Source: Alphaproteobacteria bacterium (lineage in GTDB: Bacteria > Pseudomonadota > Alphaproteobacteria > UBA828). From it: a DNA stretch of 64,000 bases. This document shows positions 31,127-41,697 of this stretch, piece by piece. The notes beneath the pieces are model-generated. The model ran no database searches. It had not been told where the DNA came from and worked only from the letters and a program-made list of their open reading frames with translations. The position numbers and the translations under genes were made by a program. How positions within the stretch are numbered: position 1 is the first letter of the stretch; each line of letters opens with the position of its first letter. The DNA lies in assembly GCA_963422645.2 (NCBI GenBank), contig CAXXVO010000002.1:128001-192000 (forward strand). The letters are read 5' to 3'.

Positions 31127-31596
31127 TATTGTGACCCGCAAGCCCCAATGTCCCTTGAAGAACCGACAGTCGCGCTTGCTTGTTCGCCGAGGCATCGACG
31201 AGCCACTCCGAGACGAGCGACCCGAAGGGCTCGTCCACCTTGCCCTCGACACCAAGCACCGCAAAACCCTCGCCGTCGCCAATCAGCGCCAGCAGGTCCG
31301 TCTGGCTGGGCCGCCCGCGGGAGCGAAGATCGGTCTCTTTCTCGAAGAAGCCCTCGATAAGCTCCATGCCCCGGAATTCTTCCGCCTGATGCAGGATCGC
31401 ACCCACCTGGTCAGGAATGCCTTTCGCTCCCACCCAGGAACAGGCCAGCTCGTAGGCTGAGTATCCCTTCTTCCAATGCCGCTCCTGCTTCGCCAAGTAC
31501 GGAATTATATCCTCGGGCCTCGTGATCGGCGCGGCAAAGAAGAGTCTATCGGTCATTCGAAAGTGCAATACCACTTGCTTGGAGCAGAAAGATGTT

Positions 31597-31833
31597 GTAA
31601 CTACCCAGGTACCCAATCCTGAGTTGAGGACGGTGATTATGGCGGCGGCCGCGGCCTGGTTCTGCCACCGCGATTGGTTCTTGACCTCATAGAGTTGCGG
31701 GACTATGGACTGCTCTCTCGCGTGACGGGAGCGGTCCATGGGGTATTTCGGCTCGAAGGCGACAGCAGGTCTGTGCCAAGCGCTGATTGCGCTGATGCCG
31801 CCGCACTCCGTCTACATCGAAAGCCACCTTGGG
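31597..31833 (+). mobile_element. IS66-MTase variant, left end plus MTase 5' stub
   Basis: GTAACTACCCAGGTACCC; MGYFGSKATAGLCQALIALMPPHSVYIESHLG from 31738, cut by IS21. Confidence 0.85.
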
Positions 31834-32035
31834 TGTCAATCGGCTTTCAATACTGACCCCCGATCGGCGTGCAAAATTGACCCCCCTGAGTGGCACGGCG
31901 GAGGTTGTCCCGGTAGCCAATAGGGGGGACCCGCGCGGCTTCGTGTGGCGCCCTGCGCTACGCGGAGCGAAGCCGCGTGGGGGGTCCCTGTTGGCCCACC
32001 GGGGCAACCGGGCCGCAAGGGAGGCCGGCGGCGGG

Positions 32036-32764
32036 TCAGGAGCGGTTCTTGAAGCGCCAGCTCTCGTTGCCGGTCTCGATGATCTCGCAATGATGGGTGA
32101 GGCGATCGAGCAGCGCTGTGGTCATCTTGGGGTCGCCGAAGACGGATGGCCATTCGCCGAAGGCGAGGTTTGTGGTGATGACGATCGAGGTGCGCTCGTA
32201 GAGCCGGCTCATCAGATGGAAGAGCAGCTGCCCACCGGCCTGGGCGAAGGGCAGGTAGCCGAGCTCGTCGAGGATGACGAAGTCGCGGCGGACGAGCTGG
32301 TCTGCAGTGCGGCCCTGGCGTCCGGCGCGAAGCTCGGCCTCGAGGAGGTTGACCAGGTCGACGACGTTGTAGCACCGGCCGCGCGCGCCCTTGCGGATGC
32401 AGGACCGCGCGATGGCGACGGCGAGATGGGTCTTGCCGGTACCGGTGCCGCCGACCAGCACGATGTTGCGTTTGCCCTCGAGGAAGCCGCCGCCGGCGAG
32501 CTCCTGGATCAGGGGCTCGTTGACCGGCGAGGCGGCGAAGTCGAAGTCGGCCAGCTCCTTGACCGTCGGCAGCTTGGCGGAGGCCATCTGGTACTTGATC
32601 GAGCGGGCCCTCTTGTCGGCGATCTCGACCTGCAGCAGCGTACCGATGATCTGTTGCACCGGATGGCGGCGCTTGAGCCCGTCGGCAAGGATGTCGTCGT
32701 AAGCGGCGCGCATACCTGCGAGCTTCAGCTGGGTCATCATCTCCAGCACATCATGACGCTCCAT
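32036..32764 (-). CDS. istB: IS21 helper ATPase IstB
   Basis: [26 protein letters not shown]. Confidence 0.95.
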   Translation of the reverse strand: MERHDVLEMMTQLKLAGMRAAYDDILADGLKRRHPVQQIIGTLLQVEIADKRARSIKYQMASAKLPTVKELADFDFAASPVNEPLIQELAGGGFLEGKRNIVLVGGTGTGKTHLAVAIARSCIRKGARGRCYNVVDLVNLLEAELRAGRQGRTADQLVRRDFVILDELGYLPFAQAGGQLLFHLMSRLYERTSIVITTNLAFGEWPSVFGDPKMTTALLDRLTHHCEIIETGNESWRFKNRS

Positions 32765-34265
32765 GACCGGCCTCCCTCAGGCTGTCGTAGCGCTGACAGT
32801 CGGCTACCGGCTTGTGGCGAAGCTGCAGGCCCTCGGGCGTCGGGATGATTGCCGGCGGTGCCGGCTGGCGCTGCCGGGCGAGGATGTTGAGCACCACGTC
32901 GGCGCTGCAGGCACCGCAGTCGAGCGTCTCGGCACAGGCCGCCTCAACCGCCTCCAGTCCGTCCTCCAGCACCGCCGCGAGCACCTTGACGAACTGCCGG
33001 TCGCCGTCGTCGTGGCCCGCGAGCCGGGTTCGCAGGCGGCCGAGCGCGTTGGGCAACTGCCAGTCCTTGAAGGGCGCGCCATTGCGTAGCGCGCCGGGCT
33101 TCCGCGTCAGGATCGGCACGTAATGCCACGGATCGTAGACGAACCGGCCGCGCCCGAAGCTGCGGGGGTGCTCGGCAACGGTCTCGCCGTCCTGGCGGAT
33201 GACGATCCGATCGGCATAGGCCCGCACGTCCACCGGCCGGCCGACGGCGCGGGCCGCGACGCTGTACTGGTTGTTGTCGAAGCGCACCAGACAGGTCTTC
33301 GAGACCGACACCTCGCTGGCATGGAAGCCGTCGAAGGGGCCGCGATACGCCATCAGGAAGGGCTGCTCCTCCTCGAACACCTGCCACACCGTCTTGCCCG
33401 GGATTGTCGGATGCGGATGCTTCTTGGCGTCCTCGATGCACCGATCCATCAGCCACTCGTTGATCTCGGCGTAGGAGCGGCCCCGCGGGATGGGCACGAA
33501 CAGGCGGCCGCGAAGGTCACCCACCTGCTTCTCGACCTGCCCCTTCTCCCAGCCAGCCCCTGGCGTGCACGCCACAGGCTCCACCAGATGGTGCGAGCAC
33601 AGCTCCTGGAAGCGGCGGTTGTAGTCCCGCTTCTTGCCCACGAAGATCGTGCTCACCGCCGTCTTCATGTTGTCGTAGATGCCCCGCCGGCAGACCCCGC
33701 CGAAGAAGCGGAAGGCACGCTCGTGCGCCTCGAAGACCATCTCCTGGCTCTCGCGGGGAAAGATCTGGACCAGATACATCCGGCTGTGGCACAGCCGCAT
33801 GTGCGCCGCCTTCACCCTGGTCGTCGCGCCCGACAGACGCGCGTACTCGTGGCTCCAGTCGAACTGGTAGGCCTCGCCGGGATCGAAGATCAGCGGCACA
33901 TAGGCCTGCGCCGGCGACAACAGCCGCCACCGGCGCCGCCAGGCCCTGGCATAGCGGCGAACCGCGTCATAGCCGCCCTTGTAGCCCAGCGACACAAGGT
34001 CTTCATGAATCCGCAGAAGAGACAGCCGATCCTTGCGTGCCTTCTTCTCGTTGGCCTTCAGCTGGCGCTCAAGCTCCTCCACCCACAGCCCAAGCTTCGG
34101 CATCGGCTGGATCTTGCGCTCGTAGCTGTGCGAGGTCGCATCGCCCCGCACCACCTTGCGTATCGTGTTCTTGGAAACCCTCAAATCCCGGGCGAGCTTC
34201 TTGATCGGAACGCCCTTCACCAGATGATCCCGACGGATCTTCGCGATCGTTTCCACAACCAGCAT
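32751..34265 (-). CDS. istA: IS21 transposase IstA
   Basis: [20 protein letters not shown]. Confidence 0.95.
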   Translation of the reverse strand: MLVVETIAKIRRDHLVKGVPIKKLARDLRVSKNTIRKVVRGDATSHSYERKIQPMPKLGLWVEELERQLKANEKKARKDRLSLLRIHEDLVSLGYKGGYDAVRRYARAWRRRWRLLSPAQAYVPLIFDPGEAYQFDWSHEYARLSGATTRVKAAHMRLCHSRMYLVQIFPRESQEMVFEAHERAFRFFGGVCRRGIYDNMKTAVSTIFVGKKRDYNRRFQELCSHHLVEPVACTPGAGWEKGQVEKQVGDLRGRLFVPIPRGRSYAEINEWLMDRCIEDAKKHPHPTIPGKTVWQVFEEEQPFLMAYRGPFDGFHASEVSVSKTCLVRFDNNQYSVAARAVGRPVDVRAYADRIVIRQDGETVAEHPRSFGRGRFVYDPWHYVPILTRKPGALRNGAPFKDWQLPNALGRLRTRLAGHDDGDRQFVKVLAAVLEDGLEAVEAACAETLDCGACSADVVLNILARQRQPAPPAIIPTPEGLQLRHKPVADCQRYDSLREAGHGAS

Positions 34266-34384
34266 CTCCCCCACCACCCCGTCCGTCCAAACGACGAGGT
34301 GTGTTCATGGACACAAATCCAAGGGGGTCAATTTTGGACGCCGATCACCCCCAATAGGGGGTCACTTTTCCACGCTTAACAACA

Positions 34385-35278
34385 GGCGGCGAGCCCAAGT
34401 GCGGCAAATCCCTGCTCGCGCTCGATCTCGCCGTCGCCGTGGCCACCGGCGTCCCATGCCTGCGCCACTACCGCCCCAGCGCAAGCGGCACCGTGCTGCT
34501 CTTCGCCGCCGAGGACGCCGGCCACAGGGTGCGCAAGCGTCTGCAGGGGATCGCCCGCGCCGCCGCCACCCCCTTCGACGAACTCGACATCGCCGTCATC
34601 GACGTGCCCACCCTGCGTCTCGACCGGCCCGGCGACCGTCAACGCCTGCAGCAGACCGTGGAGCGCATCGAACCGCGCCTCCTGATCCTCGATCCCCTGG
34701 TCCGCCTGCACAGCGTCGACGAGAACGCCGTCGCAGAGATCGCCCCCATCCTCGGCTTCCTGCGCGAACTGCAGCGCCGCTTCGAAACCGCCGTCCTCCT
34801 CGTCCACCACGCCCGCAAGAGCGGCGGCACCCGGCCGGGGCAGGCCCTGCGCGGGAGCAGCGAGCTGCACGCTTGGGGTGACTCAAATCTGTACCTGCGC
34901 CGGCGCGACAAGAAGATCGTCATGACGGTCGAGCAGCGCGACGCCCGGGGCCTCAACGACATCGAGCTGGAACTCGTCGACGGCGGACATGGGCCGGCCT
35001 TCCGTCTGCACCAGGACGCGGCAGATGAAGACAGGCACGAGCCCGCCACCGTCGAGCAGCGCGTCTTCAAGGCGATCGAGCAGGCCGAAAAGCCGCTCTC
35101 GAAAGCCCAGATCCGCTCACGCGCCGCTGCCCGCAACGCCACCGTCGTTGCCGCCATCGAGAGCCTCACCAGGGAGGGGCGCATCGAACGGGCGCCCAGG
35201 GGTGGCTATCGCCTCGCAGCCGCCGAGGCGCACCGGGAGCCGCAATCCCCTGCCGCCATCAACGGAAGTGCGGGATGA
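34385..35278 (+). pseudogene. AAA_25/RecA-like ATPase (replicative helicase-like), 5' truncated by IS21
   Basis: Walker A GGEPKCGKS directly after the IS21 end; LILDP, LVHHARK, LRGSS; C-terminal wHTH-like region. Confidence 0.78.
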
Positions 35279-35339
35279 GGCGTTCCCGTTCCCGTTCCCG
35301 GAACTCTTAAGCGTTGAAGGGTACAGGAACGGGAACGCC
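35279..35339. repeat. 14-bp inverted repeat with GTTCCC iterations (copy at 37111-37171)
   Basis: GGCGTTCCCGTTCC ... GGAACGGGAACGCC between ATPase and primase. Confidence 0.7.
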
Positions 35340-35380
35340 GTCAGCCTCCCTTCCAAGCAGACCTTCGCCGGGACCCGGCA

Positions 35381-36250
35381 ATGAGCGGCGGCGATCCCCT
35401 GGCCACCTGCCGCAACATCCCCCTCGACCGGGTCGCCGCCGCCCTCGGCTACCGCAGAGACCCGACCGACCGGGCGCGCTTCAAGCGCGGGGGCTCGGTC
35501 ATCAGCATCAACGGCGAGAAGTTCTTCGATCACCTGCGCGGCACGGGAGGGGGTGGCGCCATCGACCTCGTCATCCATGCGACGGGATGCCGCTTCCCGG
35601 AAGCCCTCCGCTTCCTCGGAAGCCATGAGGGGCGGAGGGAGATCACCACCATCCCAGCCGCCCCGCGACGCCTGCGGCTGCCAAGGCCCAGTCCCCGCGC
35701 CTGGCCCAGGGTCCGGGACGCCCTCATCCGCCAACGCGCTATCGGCACCGACGTGCTCGAAGCCTGCCACGGCCGAGGCCTCCTCTACGCCGATGACAGG
35801 ATCAACGCCGTCTTCATCTGCCGAAACGCCAGCGGGCACACGACCGGCGCCGAGATCCTCGGCACCGCGCCGCAGCCCGGAACAAAACGCTTCAGGGGCA
35901 TGGCCCCGGGATCGCGCAAGGCGCGTGGCGGCTTCTGGCTCCACTGCGACCGAAACCAGCCCGCCCTCGTCATCCTCACCGAGAGCGCCGTCGACGCCAT
36001 CTCTGCACGAAGCCTGCGCGTCGAGGGGACGCGCGAGAACGGCGCCGTCGTCGCCTCAACCGCCGGCATCGCCAGCTCGGTCCCGCCCTGGATCAAGGAG
36101 TGGAAGCCACGTCGCATCGTCTGTGCCTACGACGCAGACAGCGCCGGCGACACTGCCGCCGAGCATCTCGTGCTCAACGATCCAAGGGTGAAAAGGTTGC
36201 GCCCACGACACGCCAAGGACTGGAACGAGATGCTCCTGCGGTCTCGATGA
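35381..36250 (+). CDS. DUF3991/Toprim primase-like protein
   Basis: GGGGAIDLV, LTESAVDAIS, CAYDADSAG, KDWNE. Confidence 0.82.
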   Translation: MSGGDPLATCRNIPLDRVAAALGYRRDPTDRARFKRGGSVISINGEKFFDHLRGTGGGGAIDLVIHATGCRFPEALRFLGSHEGRREITTIPAAPRRLRLPRPSPRAWPRVRDALIRQRAIGTDVLEACHGRGLLYADDRINAVFICRNASGHTTGAEILGTAPQPGTKRFRGMAPGSRKARGGFWLHCDRNQPALVILTESAVDAISARSLRVEGTRENGAVVASTAGIASSVPPWIKEWKPRRIVCAYDADSAGDTAAEHLVLNDPRVKRLRPRHAKDWNEMLLRSR

Positions 36251-36350
36251 AAGCCAGGCCACTCACCGCTCTCGCAGATCAACCAAGCGCCGCATCACGA
36301 ACATCAAATAATCCGAAAACCGCACCATCAAATGCTGGGCGCACGCTCAC

Positions 36351-37110
36351 CGGCCACAGGGTGCGCAAGCGTCTGCAGGGGATCGCCCGCGCCGCCGCCA
36401 CCCCCTTCGACGAACTCGACATCGCCGTCATCGACGTGCCCACCCTGCGTCTCGACCAGCGCATCGACCGTCAGCGCCTGCAGGAGACAGTGGAGCGCAT
36501 CGCACCGCGCCTCCTGATCCTCGATCCCCTGGTCCGCCTGCACAGCGTCGACGAGAACGCCGTCGCAGAGATCGCCCCCATCCTCGGCTTCCTGCGCGAA
36601 CTGCAGCGCCGCTTCGAAACCGCCGTCCTCCTCGTCCACCACGCCCGCAAGAGCGGCGGCACCCGGCCGGGGCAGGCCCTGCGCGGGAGCAGCGAGCTGC
36701 ACGCTTGGGGTGACTCAAATCTGTACCTGCGCCGGCGCGACAAGAAGATCGTCATGACGGTCGAGCAGCGCGACGCCCGGGGCCTCAACGACATCGAGCT
36801 GGAACTCGTCGACGGCGGACATGGGCCGGCCTTCCGTCTGCACCAGGACGCGGCAGATGAAGACAGGCACGAGCCCGCCACCGTCGAGCAGCGCGTCTTC
36901 AAGGCGATCGAGCAGGCCGAAAAGCCGCTCTCGAAAGCCCAGATCCGCTCACGCGCCGCTGCCCGCAACGCCACCGTCGTTGCCGCCATCGAGAGCCTCA
37001 CCAGGGAGGGGCGCATCGAACGGGCGCCCAGGGGTGGCTATCGCCTCGCAGCCGCCGAGGCGCACCGGGAGCCGCAATCCCCTGCCGCCATCAACGGAAG
37101 TGCGGGATGA
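36351..37110 (+). pseudogene. Second, 5'-truncated AAA ATPase copy
   Basis: Duplicate that lacks Walker A. Confidence 0.75.
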
Positions 37111-37212
37111 GGCGTTCCCGTTCCCGTTCCCGGAACTCTTAAGCGTTGAAGGGTACAGGAACGGGAACGCCGTCAGCCTCCCTTCCAAGCAGACCTTCGC
37201 CGGGACCCGGCA

Positions 37213-38082
37213 ATGAGCGGCGGCGATCCCCTGGCCACCTGCCGCAACATCCCCCTCGACCGGGTCGCCGCCGCCCTCGGCTACCGCAGAGACCCGACCG
37301 ACCGGGCGCGCTTCAAGCGCGGGGGCTCGGTCATCAGCATCAACGGCGAGAAGTTCTTCGATCACCTGCGCGGCACGGGAGGGGGTGGCGCCATCGACCT
37401 CGTCATCCATGCGACGGGATGCCGCTTCCCGGAAGCCCTCCGCTTCCTCGGAAGCCATGAGGGGCGGAGGGAGATCACCACCATCCCAGCCGCCCCGCGA
37501 CGCCTGCGGCTGCCAAGGCCCAGTCCCCGCGCCTGGCCCAGGGTCCGGGACGCCCTCATCCGCCAACGCGCTATCGGCACCGACGTGCTCGAAGCCTGCC
37601 ACGGCCGAGGCCTCCTCTACGCCGATGACAGGATCAACGCCGTCTTCATCTGCCGAAACGCCAGCGGGCACACGACCGGCGCCGAGATCCTCGGCACCGC
37701 GCCGCAGCCCGGAACAAAACGCTTCAGGGGCATGGCCCCGGGATCGCGCAAGGCGCGTGGCGGCTTCTGGCTCCACTGCGACCGAAACCAGCCCGCCCTC
37801 GTCATCCTCACCGAGAGCGCCGTCGACGCCATCTCTGCACGAAGCCTGCGCGTCGAGGGGACGCGCGAGAACGGCGCCGTCGTCGCCTCAACCGCCGGCA
37901 TCGCCAGCTCGGTCCCGCCCTGGATCAAGGAGTGGAAGCCACGTCGCATCGTCTGTGCCTACGACGCAGACAGCGCCGGCGACACTGCCGCCGAGCATCT
38001 CGTGCTCAACGATCCAAGGGTGAAAAGGTTGCGCCCACGACACGCCAAGGACTGGAACGAGATGCTCCTGCGGTCTCGATGA
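37213..38082 (+). CDS. DUF3991/Toprim primase-like protein (duplicate)
   Basis: Identical to 35381-36250. Confidence 0.82.
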   Translation: MSGGDPLATCRNIPLDRVAAALGYRRDPTDRARFKRGGSVISINGEKFFDHLRGTGGGGAIDLVIHATGCRFPEALRFLGSHEGRREITTIPAAPRRLRLPRPSPRAWPRVRDALIRQRAIGTDVLEACHGRGLLYADDRINAVFICRNASGHTTGAEILGTAPQPGTKRFRGMAPGSRKARGGFWLHCDRNQPALVILTESAVDAISARSLRVEGTRENGAVVASTAGIASSVPPWIKEWKPRRIVCAYDADSAGDTAAEHLVLNDPRVKRLRPRHAKDWNEMLLRSR

Positions 38083-38263
38083 AAGCCAGGCCACTCACCG
38101 CTCTCGCAGATCAACCAAGCGCCGCATCACGAACATCAAATAATCCGAAAACCGCACCATCAAATGCTGGGCGCACGCTCACGATTGAGCATCGAGATAG
38201 ACCGGTGCCAAGCCCGAAACCCGGCGGCCTGGACGTCGAGCCCCTGGCCCGTGCGGCGTGCCT

Positions 38264-39436
38264 TCAGGACGACGCTGCTGCTGGCGACTCGCCGGTCTCC
38301 ATCGCGGCCTCGATGGCCTTTCCGATGCGCTCGGCGGCGGCCTGCAGGTCGCGGTCGCCGACATGGGCGTATCGCAGGGTCATCACGGGGTCGGCGTGCC
38401 CGAGCATGCGCGCGACGGTGGACAGGGGAACGCCCCGGGCGACGGCCTGGCTGGCGACGGTATGCCTGAGATCGTGCAGGCGGACGTCGTCGAGACCGGC
38501 TTCCTTCCGCGCCCGCTGCCAAAGGTGCAGTATGTGCGAAAGCGGTTTGTCAGGTCGCCTCGGGGACGGGAACACGTAAGGGCTTGCGGCACGCGGCTGG
38601 CGGGCGAGGATGGTCTGCGCGGCCTGACTCAACCAGACCCTTCGCGGCCCGGTCTTGGTGTGCGTGAGGTTGAGACGGTCGCCGTCGACCTCCGACCATT
38701 GGAGCTTCAGGATCTCGCCCTTCCGGCAGCCGGTGAGCAGGAGCAGCCGGACGACGTCGGCCTGTGGCCGGCGGGAAGGCCGCTCCGCGACCAGCCGATC
38801 GAGGACGCGGTGAAGCCTTTCGATCTCTTCGGCGGATAGGAAGCGGGTGAGCTTCGAGCGCGGGTTCTTCGCGATCCCCTTGACGGGAGCGGTTCCGGTA
38901 TGGCCGGCGGCGAGGGCGGCGTTCATGATCTGGCCGAGGATCTCGAGCGCCTTGTTGGCTCCGCCCGGCGCGGTGCGGCTGTAGGCGTCGAACCAGCGTT
39001 CAACGTCGATCCGCCGGATGGCGTCCAGCGGGAGGCGGCCGAAGGCGGGGATCAGCTGCCGTTTGAGCACACGATTGGCGAATTGGCAGGACGATGGGGC
39101 GCAGCGGCGGCGGTACGCCGGCAACCACTCGTCGAGGACGAAGTCGCGGAAGAGGGGAGCGCCGGAGCGTCCTTCCGCCGTGCGCGGTGCGGTTCCCAGG
39201 CGGAGCGCCAGGGCTTCCTTCCGGGCGTCCTCGACGGTCATGAGCGCGGCCGGGCCGACGGTCGCCCTGACCGGCTCTCCCTGGACGCGCCCGTGCCAGA
39301 CGAAGCTGCGATGCCCGGACGGGCGTACCCGCACGCCGAGGCCGGATACCTCGCTGTCCCAGACCGCGTATTCCGTCGTGTGTGGCTTCAACTTGCCGAT
39401 GCCCGCGTCGGTGAGCCGGAGCCTCCGACCCTTCAT
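38264..39436 (-). CDS. Tyrosine recombinase/integrase 2 (arm-binding domain)
   Basis: WDSEVSGLGVRV, TGCRKGE, HDLRH, LGH, RYAH; ATGA overlap with integrase 1. Confidence 0.9.
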   Translation of the reverse strand: MKGRRLRLTDAGIGKLKPHTTEYAVWDSEVSGLGVRVRPSGHRSFVWHGRVQGEPVRATVGPAALMTVEDARKEALALRLGTAPRTAEGRSGAPLFRDFVLDEWLPAYRRRCAPSSCQFANRVLKRQLIPAFGRLPLDAIRRIDVERWFDAYSRTAPGGANKALEILGQIMNAALAAGHTGTAPVKGIAKNPRSKLTRFLSAEEIERLHRVLDRLVAERPSRRPQADVVRLLLLTGCRKGEILKLQWSEVDGDRLNLTHTKTGPRRVWLSQAAQTILARQPRAASPYVFPSPRRPDKPLSHILHLWQRARKEAGLDDVRLHDLRHTVASQAVARGVPLSTVARMLGHADPVMTLRYAHVGDRDLQAAAERIGKAIEAAMETGESPAAASS

Positions 39437-40560
39437 GCGCGTCTCCCTGACAGGACGGGAGACAGGGTCTCGAACGCTTCGCGCACCGTGGCGTCGGACA
39501 GATGGGCGTACTTCAGGGTGGTCGCCGCCTTCTCGTGACCGAGCAGGCGGCCGACGGCGCGCACGCTCTCCCCGCCGAGCAGCGCTATGCTGGCGTACGA
39601 ATGCCTGATGTCGTGCAGGCGGACATCCCGCAACCCGGCCTCCTCCCGCACGCAGCGCCAGAAGTAATCCAGCCACAGCCACGGGGTACGCCGTCCGCCG
39701 ACCGGGAAGACAAATCCGGACGACCGGGGCAGACGGTCGAGGACATCGCGCGCCGCTTCGCACAGCCAGACCGTGCGCGGCCCGGTCTTGCTGTCCTGCA
39801 GATAGAGCCGCCCCTCCCGGTAGGAGCGCCATTGGAGGGTGAGGATCTCCGACTTGCGGCACCCGGTGAACAGCAGCAGGCGCACAGCGGCCACGTGCAG
39901 GGGGCGGGCGGCCTCGTGCCGGCCCAGCACCCCGGCGAGGCGGCGATACTCCTCGGGGGTCAGGAAGCGCTCGGACCGCCCCTGCCGGTAGCGGCGGATG
40001 CCGGCGCAGGGGTTGCTGTCCTCCGGGCGCTATCCCCAGGCCTCGGCCTGCTGCATGATGACCGAGAGGATCGGCGCCGAGCGGTTCGCGGCGGCGGGCG
40101 TCGCGTGGAGTGCGCGGAACCAGGTCCGCACGTCCTCCCGGGTGATCTCTCCGATGGGCCTGCCCGCGAAGAAGGGCAGGATTTGCCGGCGGAGGTAGTT
40201 CCGGTTCACGTCCATGGTGCGCGGCTTCCAGCGGCGGCCGTAGCGGTCGAAGACCTCCCTGGCAACCGTCTCGAAGAGAGTGCCTCCGGGGTCCGCCACA
40301 GCGGGCTCCCGGCCGTCGCGCAGCGCGGCGAGCATCGCCCTGGCCCTGGCCCGCGCCTCGGGCTCGGCGATCGCCGCCGCGTCGCCTATGATCTTCCAGA
40401 CCCCTTTGCCCCTGTGCTGGCTGTGGATGAAGTAGCGCTTGGCGCCGGAGGGCATGACCCGGACGCCGTACCCCTTGAGCTCGGCGTCCCGGATGTCGCG
40501 CACCTTGCGGCGGGGCCGAAGGGCGTCGACCCGGCGCTGGGTGAGGCGGATGGATGGCAT
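39433..40560 (-). pseudogene. Tyrosine recombinase/integrase 1 with in-frame TAG at 40030-40032
   Basis: MPSIRLTQ..., WG*RPEDSNPC, TGCRKSE, HDIRH, LGH, KYAH. Confidence 0.85.
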
Positions 40561-40681
40561 GACCGCGCGTCCCCGATCTGTTGCAGCGGGGTGCGGAATC
40601 GGCTTGAATTCCGCGCCCGGTGGCAATAGAAACGGATGACCATCGCAATCGAATCAGCCACTTAGAACCGAAGGTGCGTGT

Positions 40682-40707
40682 TTCCGTGTGAAACGGATAC
40701 GCTCTAG
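40682..40707 (-). repeat. IS630-type inverted-repeat end pairing with 24451-24476
   Basis: Reverse complement CTAGAGCGTATCCGTTTCACACGGAA vs CTAGAGCATATCCGTTTTAAACGGAA (23/26). Confidence 0.7.
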
Positions 40708-40766
40708 GGACGGCGCCACTGAGAGGAGCATCCCCGCTTCCCTAAGCGATCAGGTGAATATCACCT

Positions 40767-41693
40767 TCAGAGCTCATGCCGCCATGGCGGGTTTGCGCCG
40801 GCCCGGGAGACGGTAATCGCAGCGACCCGGTTGCCGAAGCGAATCGCCTCGCGCATCCGATCCGAATCGACGGCGGCCAGGGAGTCCTTGGTGAGCAGTC
40901 CGAGCTCCGCGAGCTTGGCCAGCACGCCCGCGTTGAAGGTATCGCCCGCGCCGATGGTGTCGACGACATCGACGCGATCGGCCGGAACCGAGACCTCGGT
41001 GCCATCTTTCAGAAAGGCGCTGGCGCCGCTCTCGCTGCGCGTCAGGATCACGACGGACGGTCCGGCCTGGCGCACGAAATCCAGCTTCTCGACCAGCGAC
41101 TCCGGACCGGGGTAAAGCCAGTTCAGGTCCTCGTCCGAGACCTTCACGATGTCCGACAACGCGATCATCCGATCCAGACGGTCGCGATGGCGCCTGATGT
41201 CCCGGATGAAGCTCGGGCGGACGTTCGGATCGAGCATGATCACGCGGGCCGCGGCCTCGCGCTTCAGAAGGGCAGCATAGGCCTCGGCACCCGGCTCGAA
41301 GACCAGACTGATACCGCCGAAGTAGAGCGTGCCGACCTCGTCGGGCAGCGGGGGCATGTCGGCCTGATCGAGCATCCGGCCGGCCGAGTTCTCGTCGTAG
41401 AAGGTGTAGGTGGCCTGGCCCTCCGTGAGTTGCACGAACGCGAGCGTGGAGAGACGGTCGGAGGTGACGACCAGCGACGTGTCGACATGGTTCGCGTGAA
41501 GCGACGCGGTCAACTGCCGGCCGAACAGATCGGTGGAGAGCCCGGTCAGCATTCCCGTCTGCACGCCGAGCCGCCCGAGCGCGATCGCGGTGTTGAACAC
41601 CGCACCGCCAACGTGCGGCACGTAGCCATCCTGCCCCGACTCGGTCGGCATCGGGATCATGTCGATCAGAGCTTCGCCGCAGCAAAGGAGCAT
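40767..41693 (-). CDS. PfkB carbohydrate kinase (fructokinase-like)
   Basis: CGEALIDM, GGAVFN, DPNVRP, DTIGAGDTF. Confidence 0.9.
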   Translation of the reverse strand: MLLCCGEALIDMIPMPTESGQDGYVPHVGGAVFNTAIALGRLGVQTGMLTGLSTDLFGRQLTASLHANHVDTSLVVTSDRLSTLAFVQLTEGQATYTFYDENSAGRMLDQADMPPLPDEVGTLYFGGISLVFEPGAEAYAALLKREAAARVIMLDPNVRPSFIRDIRRHRDRLDRMIALSDIVKVSDEDLNWLYPGPESLVEKLDFVRQAGPSVVILTRSESGASAFLKDGTEVSVPADRVDVVDTIGAGDTFNAGVLAKLAELGLLTKDSLAAVDSDRMREAIRFGNRVAAITVSRAGANPPWRHEL

Positions 41694-41697
41694 CGAA

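Larger units (their letters stand above)
27300..31556 (-). pseudogene. DUF6946-like putative nuclease split by two IS
   Basis: HWKKGYSAYELA, SQTDL, VEGKVDEPFG; rejoins in frame as ...GHNI-SKLRYQLLHRTAAA...MLVHSF. Confidence 0.7.
31834..34384 (-). mobile_element. IS21 family element
   Basis: TGT...ACA ends with internal repeated (AAAT)TGACCCC motifs; istA-istB; no TSD. Confidence 0.92.
34519..38182. repeat. 1832-bp tandem duplication (34519-36350 / 36351-38182)
   Basis: ATPase 3' part + primase repeated; copies differ in one short patch. Confidence 0.92.

Noticed and set aside
40030-40032. TAG readthrough or recoding in integrase 1
   Set aside because: One base from a Tyr codon in WGYRPE; TAG is used as a normal stop elsewhere in the window; no recoding evidence.
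38264-40648. 794-aa fused double integrase ORF
   Set aside because: The N-terminal half is out of frame with integrase 1; the real integrase 2 starts at 39436.
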